From: an uncultured Gemmatimonadales bacterium
GTDB taxonomy: Bacteria; Gemmatimonadota; Gemmatimonadetes; Gemmatimonadales; Gemmatimonadaceae
DNA: 64,000 nucleotides
Assembly (NCBI GenBank): GCA_963850905.1
Contig: CAWKMU010000003.1
Coordinates: 1,024,001-1,088,000, forward strand
Direction: 5' to 3'
Shown: positions 48,495 through 58,366 of the stretch, one piece after another
How the letters are laid out: every line of letters starts with the position of its first letter
Position numbering within the stretch: the stretch's first letter is position 1
Position numbers and translations under genes: made by a program
The notes under the pieces: generated by a model
Seen by the model: the letters and a program-made list of their open reading frames with translations, nothing else
What the model was told of the DNA's origin: nothing
Database searches by the model: none

Positions 48495-49225
48495 CCCTTC
48501 ACCTCTATCTTGCGCGCCTTGGCCTGCGCCCGTTTCGGAATCGGGATCGTGACCTCGAGCACGCCGTCCTGGAAACGGGCTTGCGCGTGGTCTGCATCGG
48601 CTTCCTCGGGGAGCGGGATCGCGCGGTAGAAGGAGCCGAAGCTGCGCTCCGAGCGATACGTGTCGCCCCGGCCTTCCTCGCTGTGCTGCTCGCGTTGGCC
48701 GGAGAGCGTCAACCTCCCTTCGCTGAATTCGACGTCAATGTCATCGCGCTTGATGCCCGGCAGCTCCGCATGAACGACGAGGTCGTCGCCGCGCTGGAAC
48801 ACGTCGACCGTCGGCACCCACCGTGGCGTCTCGACGCCCGACAGGAAGGTGCTCAGTCCTCCGGCCGCACCCCGGGATGGAAACAAGCCGAGTCCACTGT
48901 AGTCGCCGAATATCCGATCCATGTCCTCCGAGAGGCGTCGCATCAGCGCGAACGGACTCAGCGAACCTCTGATGCCGCCTCCTGCTGCCTGGTCTTGCTT
49001 CGACACCGCGGCGGCCTGTGAGCTCCGGCCGCCGGTTTCTTGTGCGGTGCTCCGCTCCCGGCTTGTTGCGATCCCGATATCACGATCGCTTTGAGCGCTG
49101 CCCGATCCCGCGCTTGCACGGGTCGGCGCGGATTGCGCGCTACCCGTTCCGGGGTTGCTCGCGGCGCCGGGTGCAGTGCCGCCTGGCGTCGATGGACGAT
49201 TGCTCGATGGATCGGGGGTAGACAT
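48491..49225 (-). CDS. Small heat-shock protein (Hsp20)
   Basis: WVPTVDV, AELPG, ERSFGSFYRAIPLP, DGVLEV. Confidence 0.93.
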   Translation of the reverse strand: MSTPDPSSNRPSTPGGTAPGAASNPGTGSAQSAPTRASAGSGSAQSDRDIGIATSRERSTAQETGGRSSQAAAVSKQDQAAGGGIRGSLSPFALMRRLSEDMDRIFGDYSGLGLFPSRGAAGGLSTFLSGVETPRWVPTVDVFQRGDDLVVHAELPGIKRDDIDVEFSEGRLTLSGQREQHSEEGRGDTYRSERSFGSFYRAIPLPEEADADHAQARFQDGVLEVTIPIPKRAQAKARKIEVKG

Positions 49226-49295
49226 GGCGTCTCCGTGTCTGTGGTGACGGATTGATTGTGCGCGTGAGAGGGCGGCCGCAAAGTGGATACCAAGA

Positions 49296-49435
49296 GCAGG
49301 GGCCAGGGCTCAGGGATCGGGGGTCAGGGAACAACACATGAGGCCAATCGCGGTGCTGGCGACTGGCCTCGGCGTCTTGCTTCGGTGTCTTGCTACAGTT
49401 CTCCCTAACCCCTGACCCTGGTCCCTGACCCCTGC
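49296..49435. repeat. Heptamer-arm hairpin element (GGGGTCA arms with the GAGGCCA..CGCGGTGC..TGGCCTC core)
   Basis: ggggccagggctcagggatcgggggtcagggaacaa ... gaggccaatcgcggtgctggcgactggcctc ... ccctaacccctgaccctggtccctgacccctg. Confidence 0.85.
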
Positions 49436-49437
49436 CG

Positions 49438-50422
49438 TTACAGCAATCCTCCGTGCCCGAGCCCGCTCAACGTATGCGAATCAATCGATTCGCCGCTGAG
49501 GATGCGTGGGACGATCACGTCAAAGCTCGTGACCTGCGAGAACAGACCGCAGGTCGGCAAACCAAGGATCGTGCGCCTGCCCCAATGCGCGAGCCAGAAC
49601 ATACTCCCGGGATGCACGGGGACGCCGTAGCGGTCGAGGCTGGCGCCGAGACGGTCGAGAGCGCGAAACGCGGGATCGAGCGGGTCGAGCGATTTCGCCC
49701 CAGCGATAACGATGATGGTCGCGCCCGCTTGCGCGACCGCCGTAATCGCGTGTTCGATGGCCGCCGTGGTCGGGGCCACGAAGATTGGCGATAGCACCTG
49801 CGAGCCGAACCAGCTCAACTTGTCCCGAAGCGCATCCATCGGCCGTGACGAGGCGTCTGCCGCCAATCGTTCCTGCACCACGACGCCAATCGTCGCCGGG
49901 ACGAAGGCAGCGACCCGCACGAGGCCGCCGCAGCTCCGTGCAACGCGCTCCGCCGCGGCCACTGCGTCCGCACGCAGCACCAGCGGCGTCACCTTGGCTC
50001 GCGCCACAACGGCTCCGGTATCCACCACCTGCGCGTCGAGTCGCGTGTACACGCACGCTCCAGCGACGTCGTTGACCGTCGCCAGCGGATTGACTGCCAC
50101 GCGGAGTAGCCCGCGGCGGGTCGCGACGAGCGGCCAATGGCCGCCACCGAGCGGGCCAACATCGACGCCCGATCCCGCCGCCGCGTGCGCGATGCGCAGG
50201 CCCGCCTCGGCTTCGTGTACTTCTCCAGCTTCGGGTTCGATGAAGTGCAACTCCTGCCACGCGAGAGAGTCGAGAATGGGCGACATCGCTGGCCGAGAGG
50301 ACACGTCCCTTCACCCATCGCGATTCCGTGCCTGAATGGACATCGTGCGCAAGGATCCAGCCCGCACGTGGGGTGATATTCGTATCGCCGTTCGACTCGC
50401 GGGTGACGCAGTGGAGGCGCAT
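49438..50422 (-). pseudogene. MoeA-like molybdopterin-binding protein with an apparent one-base frameshift near 50278-50280
   Basis: The N-terminus (GWILAHDV...KGRVLSASDV) is in one frame from ATG 50422. The rest (ILDSLAWQELH...VHEAEA...GVPVHPGSM...LGHGGLL) is in another. Removing one C from gcccatt joins them. Confidence 0.7.
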
Positions 50423-50437
50423 GATCGATCGGCTGCG

Positions 50438-51511
50438 CTATGGGACGCCCTTGCGGACGGCGACGATTTGCGCGGCGATCGCCAGCGCGATTTCTGGCCC
50501 GGTTTGAGCGCCGATATCGAGTCCAATCGGAATGTGTATGCGGTCAAAGGTGGCCGGATCGATGCCGTCGGCGGCGAGAAACTCCCGGAGCGCGCGGGCC
50601 CGGCCGCGTCCAGCGAGGAGGCCAACGTACGCAGGCTCCTTCGTGAGCACCGTCCGCAAGATCGGAAGCTCGAACTTGTAATCGTGGGCCACGATCACGA
50701 CAAACGTCGAGGCATCGTATCGCTGCCGCTCCGCGAGGGTCGCAACGTTGCCCACGAGCAGCTCCTCCGCATCGGGAAAGCGCTCTCGCGTCGCGAAGCG
50801 CTCGCGGGCGTCGATCACCGTCGCGCGCCACCCGAGAACAGTCCCGTACGATACGAGCGGCATAGCCACGTGCGTCGCACCAAACACCAGAAGGCGCGGC
50901 GGCGGTGCGTACAGCCCGAAGAAGAGCTCCGCGTCCGATCCCTCCGCCGCGATACGCACCGTGGACGACACGCCACGAACGAGAACAGCCAGGGCCTCAG
51001 CGCGAGCAGCGGCGTCGAGAGCCCCACTGCCCAGGGTGCCAGTGCTGCTGCCGTCCTCGTGCACGACGAGGCGTCCGGAGGTGCCCGGGAGCTGGGCGAC
51101 CAACACGACACGTTGGCCAGCGGCGATGGCGCGGCGGACCGCCTGATAGCCAGCCGTGATGGCATTGGCATCGGCGTCCAGCCGGACCGGCTCCACCAGC
51201 ACGCGCAGCGTGCCACCGCAGGTGAGGCCGAGATCCCACCCTTCTTCGTCGCGCAGGGTCATCGACAGGAGCGCGGGGCGATCCGTTCTGAGCACCTCGT
51301 CAGACGACGCCACCACCTGGGCGTCGACGCACCCCCCGATGGTGACTGAGCCGAGGATCCGACCGCCCTCCCCCACCCACATTGTTGCGCCAGACTTCTG
51401 TGGAGTCGTCCCCTCAGTGGACACAAGGGTCGCCATCGCGGCTCGGCGCTCCGTCCGGGCCATGCGGTCCAACTCACCCAACGCGTCGTGGAGGTCGGGA
51501 ACGCGAGGCAT
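50438..51511 (-). CDS. XdhC/CoxI family Moco chaperone
   Basis: GSVTIGGCVD, LGLTCGG, LLVFGATHVA, PIGLDIGAQTGPEIA. Confidence 0.93.
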   Translation of the reverse strand: MPRVPDLHDALGELDRMARTERRAAMATLVSTEGTTPQKSGATMWVGEGGRILGSVTIGGCVDAQVVASSDEVLRTDRPALLSMTLRDEEGWDLGLTCGGTLRVLVEPVRLDADANAITAGYQAVRRAIAAGQRVVLVAQLPGTSGRLVVHEDGSSTGTLGSGALDAAARAEALAVLVRGVSSTVRIAAEGSDAELFFGLYAPPPRLLVFGATHVAMPLVSYGTVLGWRATVIDARERFATRERFPDAEELLVGNVATLAERQRYDASTFVVIVAHDYKFELPILRTVLTKEPAYVGLLAGRGRARALREFLAADGIDPATFDRIHIPIGLDIGAQTGPEIALAIAAQIVAVRKGVP

Positions 51512-51590
51512 TGCAGTTAAGATAAAGCGGAGATGCGGGGCGATCCCGGCTTTTGTTCGCCCCTAATACCTCGTCCTTGCTTGTGTTACC

Positions 51591-52505
51591 ATGGATATCG
51601 TGACTCAACCGATAGCGGTGCCGGCCGACGATCGTCGGCTACGTCCCCACGAGGTGCTGACGGCGACGTACCTCGTGGTGACCGGACTCTTGGGAGCCGT
51701 GTTCGGCTCGTTGTCCGACTGGTGGCCAGTGATCGCGACCCACGCGGTTGCGGTGGCGGTGATTGTGTTTGTGATCCCGCGGTTGCCGCCACGCCGATGG
51801 ATCGATGCCCTACGCGACTGGTTGCCGGTGCTGGCGCTGCCGCTCCTGTACGCGGAAGTCGGTCGTCTCGACCGGCTGATCAGCACGGGCTACCACGACG
51901 GGACAATCTCCGCAGTTGACCAGGCGCTCTTCGGCCGACCGGGAATCGCGTTGCGCGAATATCTGCCCTGGGGGCCGTTCGTCGAGTACCTGCATTTCAG
52001 CTACGTCGCGTACTACGTGTTGCTTCCCCTGCTCGGAGGCGCGCTCTATCTGCGAGGGCGTCGTCGGGAGTTTCGATATGTGCTCGCCGTGGTTCTTGGC
52101 ACGTTCTATGTCTGTTACGTCTGCTTCATCCTGTTCCCCGTAGCCGGCCCGTGGTACCGCCGCCCCCACCCCTCGTATGCGCACATGAATCTGTTCTTCC
52201 CTGGGGTCGTGCAGCAGGTGCTCGAGCATTGGGCATCGAAAGGTGCGGCCTTCCCCAGCTCCCACGTCGCCGTGGCGGTTGTGATCTGGCTCCTGGCCTG
52301 GCGCCTGGCGCGTCGCGTGTTCTGGTTGCTCGCGCTGATCGTCCCCGCTCTGGCCCTGGGCACAGTCTACGGTGGCTTTCACTACACCATCGATGCAGGC
52401 GCCGGGTTGCTCGTCGGGATTGCGGGCTATTTGGTCGGTCCGCGCATTGTTCGGTGGCTAGGAGGGCATGCGCCGGGTGATCCGGAGCTGGGGGTGGGGG
52501 ACTAA
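51591..52505 (+). CDS. PAP2-family membrane phosphatase/phosphotransferase
   Basis: FPVAGP, AFPSSHVA, GFHYTID, multiple TM segments. Confidence 0.88.
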   Translation: MDIVTQPIAVPADDRRLRPHEVLTATYLVVTGLLGAVFGSLSDWWPVIATHAVAVAVIVFVIPRLPPRRWIDALRDWLPVLALPLLYAEVGRLDRLISTGYHDGTISAVDQALFGRPGIALREYLPWGPFVEYLHFSYVAYYVLLPLLGGALYLRGRRREFRYVLAVVLGTFYVCYVCFILFPVAGPWYRRPHPSYAHMNLFFPGVVQQVLEHWASKGAAFPSSHVAVAVVIWLLAWRLARRVFWLLALIVPALALGTVYGGFHYTIDAGAGLLVGIAGYLVGPRIVRWLGGHAPGDPELGVGD

Positions 52506-52509
52506 GAAG

Positions 52510-52755
52510 GCGGGTGACGGGTTTCGGGTCTGGGGAACAGCGATCGCGGCGGACAACGACCGGCGGGCTGAAGCTCGCCCCTACATGTCGGCCTGGGCGA
52601 CAAATGCCGCAGCGCACTACTGACCTTTCCGTTGCGCGTCGGCGAATTCGATTCTGACACTGTCCGCAGCAACATGTAGGGGCGGCCTTCAGGCCGCCCT
52701 TTGTGTCGTTGCGGTTGTCGTCTCTCATCCCGCGGCCCCTGATCCCTAACGCCGC
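52510..52755. repeat. Heptamer-arm element enclosing an inverted REP doublet (52562-52699)
   Basis: cgggtgacgggtttcgggtctgggg ... ggcgggctgaagctcgcccctacatg ... catgtaggggcggccttcaggccgccc ... cccctgatccctaac. Confidence 0.85.
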
Positions 52756-52842
52756 CGTTCAGAAGACACCCGTTCCCTCGCGTGCCCGCTACCCGTCCTT
52801 CTAAACGGGTAGTGCCGCGCCCGTACAGTTCAGCCGCAGCTT

Positions 52843-55131
52843 ATGTCCCTCCCTCCCTTCGAGATGATCACCGGCGACGCCGCGACCACCGAGTGGCTTC
52901 GGCGGTCCGACCGCGCGCGTGTCTGGGCGTTGGCCACCTTCCTCGGCCTGACGTTGCTGATCTCGGCCGGACGCGAGCGCGCGGAAGCTGCCACGTTCAT
53001 TTCGCTGGGATTGTGGCTGGGGACCGCCGTCGTCGCCGAGCGCGTGTTGCGTCATCGTCGAAACGGCGACCGCCCGCGGGCTGTGCTGTTGGCAGCGGAC
53101 ATCGCCTGGATCACCGTGATCCTGCACTTGACGGGCGTCGCCCAACGCAGCGGGGTCGCCGCGTACATGTTCATCGTTGCGATCGCCGCGGGAGCACTGT
53201 CGCCGAGCGTGGCGATATGGGTTACCGGGTGGGCCGTGGCCGCCTACGGCGCGCTTCTCGCCACCACGGCGAGCCCGTACCTGCAACCCGATCCATTTGG
53301 GGAAGGGCCGGGCGTCGTCCTGCCACCCTCGGCCCGCATCGCCGCGTGGATCTTGGGATCGGCGGCGTTGATCGCCTTCGCCTACCTGATGCGGACGCTC
53401 GTCTCACTCCTCGCGCGAGGCGATGCCCGCCACCGTCTGTTGTTCTGGGCGAGCCCTCGTCCCATGTACGTCTACGAAACGGAATCGCTTCGGTTCCTCG
53501 CAGTCAACGACGCGACGGTGCGAGAGTACGGGTACACCCGCGATGAGTTGCTCGCGGTGACCGTCGCGGATATCAGCGTTCCGGAGGACGGCGATCCGGC
53601 ACACGCTGCCGTCGCGGCTCCTGGCCCGCACAAACACGCTGGCACCTGGCGTCATCGACGGCACGATGGATCGCTCCTCGACGTCGAAATCACGTCACAT
53701 CCGATCTCGGTCGATGGACGCGATGCCCGGCTGGTGATCGTCACCGATGTGACCGAGCGAACCCGGCTCGAAGCGCGCCTCCGGCACACGCAGCGCCTCG
53801 AGGCACTGGGACGTCTCGCCGGCGGCGTCGCGCACGAGTTCAACAATCTGCTGGCGGCGGTGCTGGGCCACGCCGAGCTGCTCGCGGGCACATTGCCGCC
53901 AAGCGCGGAAGGGCGAGAGAACGCGGACGAGATCATGCGCGCTGCACGACGCGGGGGTGATCTGACTCGACATATGCTGGCGTTCGGCCGCCGCCAACTG
54001 CTGCGGCCGGAGGTGGTCAACGTCAGCAGTGTCGTGCGAGACATGGAGCGACTCCTCCGCCCGCTGCTTGCGGCGGATATGCGCGTGGCGCTCGCACTGC
54101 CCGAGCCCTGTTGGGCGCGTGTCGATCGCAGCCAACTCGAGCTCGTGATCATGAACCTCGCCGTCAACGCGCGCGATGCGATGCCTCGGGGTGGCGCTCT
54201 CGCAATGGAAACCACGCTGGTCGCGTTGGGAGCGGCAGATGGGAAGCGCCATCCGAACGTCGCACTGTCTCCGGGGCGCTATGTCCGGCTCTCCATCAGT
54301 GACACCGGCATGGGCATCGCCCCCGAAGTCCGCGAGCGGATCTTCGAGCCATTCTTCACGACGAAGCCCGTTGGCAAGGGAACCGGGCTCGGTCTCTCCA
54401 CGGTCTACGGGATCATCAAACAGTCCGAGGGATACATCTGGGTGTACAGTGAGATGGGGCACGGGACGACAATGCACGTCTATCTCCCCGCGGCGCCGCC
54501 TCCGGAAGAGAACTCCGGGATCGACATCAAGGCCGTCGACGAGTCAGAAGCCGCCTCGGTGGGCAGCGCCGACGGCAGCGGTCGCTCGGACTCGGACCGC
54601 CGGGCTGTGAGGCCCGCCCGCGATGGTGCGCACCACGTTGAAAGACGACCGGTGCCTTCAGCGAGTTCCTCGTTACCGGCGATGGTGCTGGTGGTTGAAG
54701 ACGAGGACGCGTTGCGGACGATGGCCGTCCGCGTCCTCCACGACGCAGGCTACCGCGTGATCGCCGCAGAGTCGGAGGAGCGGGCGCTCGCGCTTGCGAG
54801 TGAGGACGAGATCGACGTCCTGCTCACGGATGTCATCATGCCAGGTATCGGCGGGATTGTGCTGGCCGACCGCATTCGGGACATGCACGCGGGCGTGCGG
54901 GTCGTGTACATGTCGGGGTACCCGCGCGCGCACCTCATCTCGAACGGCCAGCTCGACGAGGCGTACGCCTTTGTCGCGAAGCCATTCATGGCGAGCGAGC
55001 TGCGCGAAGCGGTCGACAACGCGGCCGCTGGACCAGCTACCGATCGTATCTCACGAGGGACGTCTCGCCGTCGTGAGCCAGGATCCGGAGGATCGCGTGC
55101 GAGCGCACCTCGATCCAAAAGCGCTCCGTAA
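52843..55131 (+). CDS. Membrane-bound hybrid histidine kinase (TM-PAS-HisKA-HATPase-REC)
   Basis: PAS (FLAVNDA...YGY), [33 protein letters not shown]...TDVIMP...KPF. Confidence 0.94.
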   Translation: MSLPPFEMITGDAATTEWLRRSDRARVWALATFLGLTLLISAGRERAEAATFISLGLWLGTAVVAERVLRHRRNGDRPRAVLLAADIAWITVILHLTGVAQRSGVAAYMFIVAIAAGALSPSVAIWVTGWAVAAYGALLATTASPYLQPDPFGEGPGVVLPPSARIAAWILGSAALIAFAYLMRTLVSLLARGDARHRLLFWASPRPMYVYETESLRFLAVNDATVREYGYTRDELLAVTVADISVPEDGDPAHAAVAAPGPHKHAGTWRHRRHDGSLLDVEITSHPISVDGRDARLVIVTDVTERTRLEARLRHTQRLEALGRLAGGVAHEFNNLLAAVLGHAELLAGTLPPSAEGRENADEIMRAARRGGDLTRHMLAFGRRQLLRPEVVNVSSVVRDMERLLRPLLAADMRVALALPEPCWARVDRSQLELVIMNLAVNARDAMPRGGALAMETTLVALGAADGKRHPNVALSPGRYVRLSISDTGMGIAPEVRERIFEPFFTTKPVGKGTGLGLSTVYGIIKQSEGYIWVYSEMGHGTTMHVYLPAAPPPEENSGIDIKAVDESEAASVGSADGSGRSDSDRRAVRPARDGAHHVERRPVPSASSSLPAMVLVVEDEDALRTMAVRVLHDAGYRVIAAESEERALALASEDEIDVLLTDVIMPGIGGIVLADRIRDMHAGVRVVYMSGYPRAHLISNGQLDEAYAFVAKPFMASELREAVDNAAAGPATDRISRGTSRRREPGSGGSRASAPRSKSAP

Positions 55132-55951
55132 TCCCACCAGGGAAATCGGCCCCAACCAGCCAACAGTCGGTTGAGCGTCCGGCGCGTGTCGTGATGCGTT
55201 CCTGCCCCAGGACGCGCACCGGCAGCGGACCCCCGTAATCATCTGCCGGGAAGTAGATCGGCAATGATGCGTGGAACCCGGGTGCTAGGGGGAGCGCGCG
55301 CAACAGTAGATCGATCGCGCCCGAGCTGTACATCGTGTCGGCCAGCGGCGCCGCGAAGTAGTGCGGTGGCCGGCCCGGTGCCGAGTCGACCCCGAGGAGG
55401 TGCGCCCCGGTGTACAGCAGGATCACGACCTGACCCGCATCCAGCTCGGCCCGCTGGCGGAGCGGCAACAGGGAGGTTGCATCGACTTGGGTTGTAGTGC
55501 GCGCGACGATCCCCACCGTGTCGCGCTCTTCAAAAGACACTTCCAATACCGTCCGTCCACCGGCAAGCGTCCGGCGACGCATCGTCTCGATGGTCATGCC
55601 GACGACAGGTCCATCGCCGGATTCGAGGCTCGATACCGGATGGACCTCGCCGGCGCGTGACATGAGCATGGTGTCCGTGCCGGGTTGCAGCCAACTCGCG
55701 TCGAGGAGCCGGTTGCGCGTGGTGGCGACCGCGGGGCCAGCTTCGGCGGCGACATCGGAGCCACTACTACCCGGCTGACCAGGTGCGACAGTTTGGCAGG
55801 CGCCGACGAGTCCGGCGGTGGCTACGAGAATGACCGGCACGGCAGAGTCGGCGCATTGGCGGGCCCGGGGAAGCGGCTCTGGGGCGCGCGGTACCATGTG
55901 CGCCGGTGTCGAGAGATAGACGACGAGCCGGTTTGGGCGGTAATTATTCAT
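55037..55951 (-). CDS. Hypothetical lipoprotein (DUF3108-like beta protein)
   Basis: Lipobox-like LVGAC, LLRALPLAPG, VLGQERITTRAG..DCWLV. Start uncertain. Confidence 0.6.
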   Translation of the reverse strand: MNNYRPNRLVVYLSTPAHMVPRAPEPLPRARQCADSAVPVILVATAGLVGACQTVAPGQPGSSGSDVAAEAGPAVATTRNRLLDASWLQPGTDTMLMSRAGEVHPVSSLESGDGPVVGMTIETMRRRTLAGGRTVLEVSFEERDTVGIVARTTTQVDATSLLPLRQRAELDAGQVVILLYTGAHLLGVDSAPGRPPHYFAAPLADTMYSSGAIDLLLRALPLAPGFHASLPIYFPADDYGGPLPVRVLGQERITTRAGRSTDCWLVGADFPGGITERFWIEVRSHAILRILAHDGETSLVRYDR

Positions 55952-56012
55952 CTGCTGTTTTCCCCGTCCCGGTCGTTCGCCTACCTTCGCCCCACTACCG
56001 ACCCTTCCGTTC

Positions 56013-56657
56013 ATGCCATCCGATCTCCTCGCGCGGTGCCGCGCGATAGCCACCAGCACGTGGAGTGACGCCCTCGACCAACTCGGCATCCCCGGCGTCG
56101 CCGCGGCCCTCGCGATCCGCAGCGGCAGCGGCTCCATCGCGGGCACTGCCGTCACGGTTCGAGAGGTGCCGGGCGAGCTGGGCGCCTATCCGCCGACCGC
56201 GTTCAAGCCAAGCGCGTTTCTCGAGGCCGCGGGTACGCACTCCGTGATCGTCATCGACATCGGCGGCGCGGCGATCTCGAGCTGTGGCGGACTCGTCGCA
56301 CAGGCCGCCACACAGCAAGGCGTCGCCGCCATCGTGATCGACGGCGGCTGCCGAGATCTGGCGGATGTGCGGGCCACCGGCCTCTGGGTCGCGAGCCGGC
56401 ACGTCACGCCAACGTCGGGACGCGGACGCGTGCGCATCGACGCCATCAACGTGCCCGTCATGCTCGACGGCATCCCCGTCATGCCGGGCGACTACGTCGT
56501 GGGGGACGAGACCGGCGTGGTGTGCATCCCGTCCGCACGCGTTGCAGACGCGCTCGCGATCGCGGAAGAGTTGACTGTCAAGGATACGCGGTTTGCGGAT
56601 GCGCTCCGCGAGGGCCATACGTTCGCCGCGGCGTCTGCGCACCTCAGGCACGTGTGA
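56013..56657 (+). CDS. RraA/HMG-aldolase family protein
   Basis: SDALD, AGTAVTV, GGLVA, VIDGGCRD, PGDYVVGDETGVV. Confidence 0.9.
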   Translation: MPSDLLARCRAIATSTWSDALDQLGIPGVAAALAIRSGSGSIAGTAVTVREVPGELGAYPPTAFKPSAFLEAAGTHSVIVIDIGGAAISSCGGLVAQAATQQGVAAIVIDGGCRDLADVRATGLWVASRHVTPTSGRGRVRIDAINVPVMLDGIPVMPGDYVVGDETGVVCIPSARVADALAIAEELTVKDTRFADALREGHTFAAASAHLRHV

Positions 56658-58366
56658 TGGGCTCGCGGGATGAGGGGCAGGTAATGACCGGTGCTGGCGC
56701 CGAGGTCGTGGCGGCGCACGCGCACGCGCGCAGTACGTCCCGCCCTGTGCACCGAGCCCTCGGCGCGACCTGGGCGGACGCCGTCGTCGACGCGCTGGTG
56801 GCCATCGGCGTGCGCCGGCTGTTCGGTATGCCCGGCGGCGGCAGTAACTCCGATCTGATCCAGGCCGCAACACGGGCACGCCTGCCATTTTCTCTCGCCC
56901 ACACAGAGTCGGCGTCGGCCTTCATGGCCACGGCGCAAGCCGAGCTGAGCGGCGCCCCCGGAGCATGCCTTGCGACCTTGGGTCCTGGTGCTGCCTCGAT
57001 GGTCAATGGCGTCGCGAACGCGCACCTCGATCGTGTGCCGCTCATGGTGATCACGGATTGCCGCACCGAGGAGATGGCCGCGGTCATGGAACATCAGACG
57101 CTTTCCCACGGCGCCATTTTCTCATCGATGGTGAAATGGAGCGGCCGTCCGACGCCGGCGACTGGCGTTCGAGCGCTGCAGGCGGCGTTGGACTCTGTCA
57201 CGACCCCACCCTCGGGTCCCGTGCATCTCGATCTCGCCGTCGAGTTCACCTCCGCCGCGGTCAGCGACAGCGATCGCGAAATCCGACCGGCCCCTCGTCC
57301 CACCCGGACACTCGACCCGCTCCCCGCTGATATCGCGCACCTGCTCCGGAGCGCGCGCCGGCCTGTCCTGCTGATTGGCCTGGGCGCGCGCTCTCCCACG
57401 CTGGCTTCGCACCTCCGTGAACTCGCATCGCGTGTCGGAATACCTGCGCTAGTGACCTACAAGGCGAAGGGTGTCGTGCCCGATCGGCACCCGTGGTTTG
57501 CCGGCGTCTTGACGAACGGCGCACTGGAGCGCGAGGTCCTCGAGCGCGCCGATGTATTCCTGGCCGTCGGGCTCGACCCGGTGGAACTCCTACCGCGACC
57601 CTGGCGGTGTGCGCAGCCCATCGTGGCGATCAATGAGTGGGCGCTGCATCAGCAGCAGCTGCCGCTTCGTCACGAGATCGTCGGTGAGCTCGGCCGTGGT
57701 CTCGCCATGGTCGATGCGCAGTTGAGCACGCCCAGTGACTGGGATTCGACCGAGGTCGGCCAGCTGGCCGAGAGTCAGAGGGCGTGTATGCGGCAGGGCG
57801 ACGCACCGGGCCTTCTGCCGCACCGCGTTGTGGATCTCGTCGCGGATGCCTATCCCACGGCGCGTATCACGGTCGACGCGGGCGCCCACATGTTCCCGGT
57901 GATGTCGTTGTGGCCGGCGAGTGAGCCAATGGGCGTGCTCATCTCCAACGGACTTGCCACGATGGGCTTCGCTGTGCCGGCCGCAATCGGCGCCGCTCTC
58001 CTCGATCGCGGTCGTCCGACCATCGCGCTGACCGGCGACGGCGGGCTCCTCATGTGCGTGGCCGAGCTCCTGACGGCGGCTCGCGAACGCTTGCCCATCC
58101 GCGTCATCGTCTTCGACGATGCGGCGCTCAGCCTGATCAAGGTCAAGCAGGAACAGCGGGGATACGAACCCAACGGTGTCATGATGGGGCGCACCGACTG
58201 GCGAGCCGTCGGAGCCGGCTTCGGTGTGACGGTGCGTGAGGCGGACAACGAGACGACTCTGGTCGAGGCGCTCGCGCAGACGAAGGCCGACCCCGGCCCG
58301 GTCTTGATCGCGGCACGAGTCGCGGCGGAGACGTACGGAGCGACGATGCGGGCGCTGCGCGGGTGA
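56657..58366 (+). CDS. Thiamine-pyrophosphate-dependent enzyme (acetolactate-synthase-like)
   Basis: FGMPGGG, HTESASAFMA, TLGPGA, TMGFAVPAAIG, GDGG. Alternative start at 56684. Confidence 0.9.
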   Translation: MGSRDEGQVMTGAGAEVVAAHAHARSTSRPVHRALGATWADAVVDALVAIGVRRLFGMPGGGSNSDLIQAATRARLPFSLAHTESASAFMATAQAELSGAPGACLATLGPGAASMVNGVANAHLDRVPLMVITDCRTEEMAAVMEHQTLSHGAIFSSMVKWSGRPTPATGVRALQAALDSVTTPPSGPVHLDLAVEFTSAAVSDSDREIRPAPRPTRTLDPLPADIAHLLRSARRPVLLIGLGARSPTLASHLRELASRVGIPALVTYKAKGVVPDRHPWFAGVLTNGALEREVLERADVFLAVGLDPVELLPRPWRCAQPIVAINEWALHQQQLPLRHEIVGELGRGLAMVDAQLSTPSDWDSTEVGQLAESQRACMRQGDAPGLLPHRVVDLVADAYPTARITVDAGAHMFPVMSLWPASEPMGVLISNGLATMGFAVPAAIGAALLDRGRPTIALTGDGGLLMCVAELLTAARERLPIRVIVFDDAALSLIKVKQEQRGYEPNGVMMGRTDWRAVGAGFGVTVREADNETTLVEALAQTKADPGPVLIAARVAAETYGATMRALRG

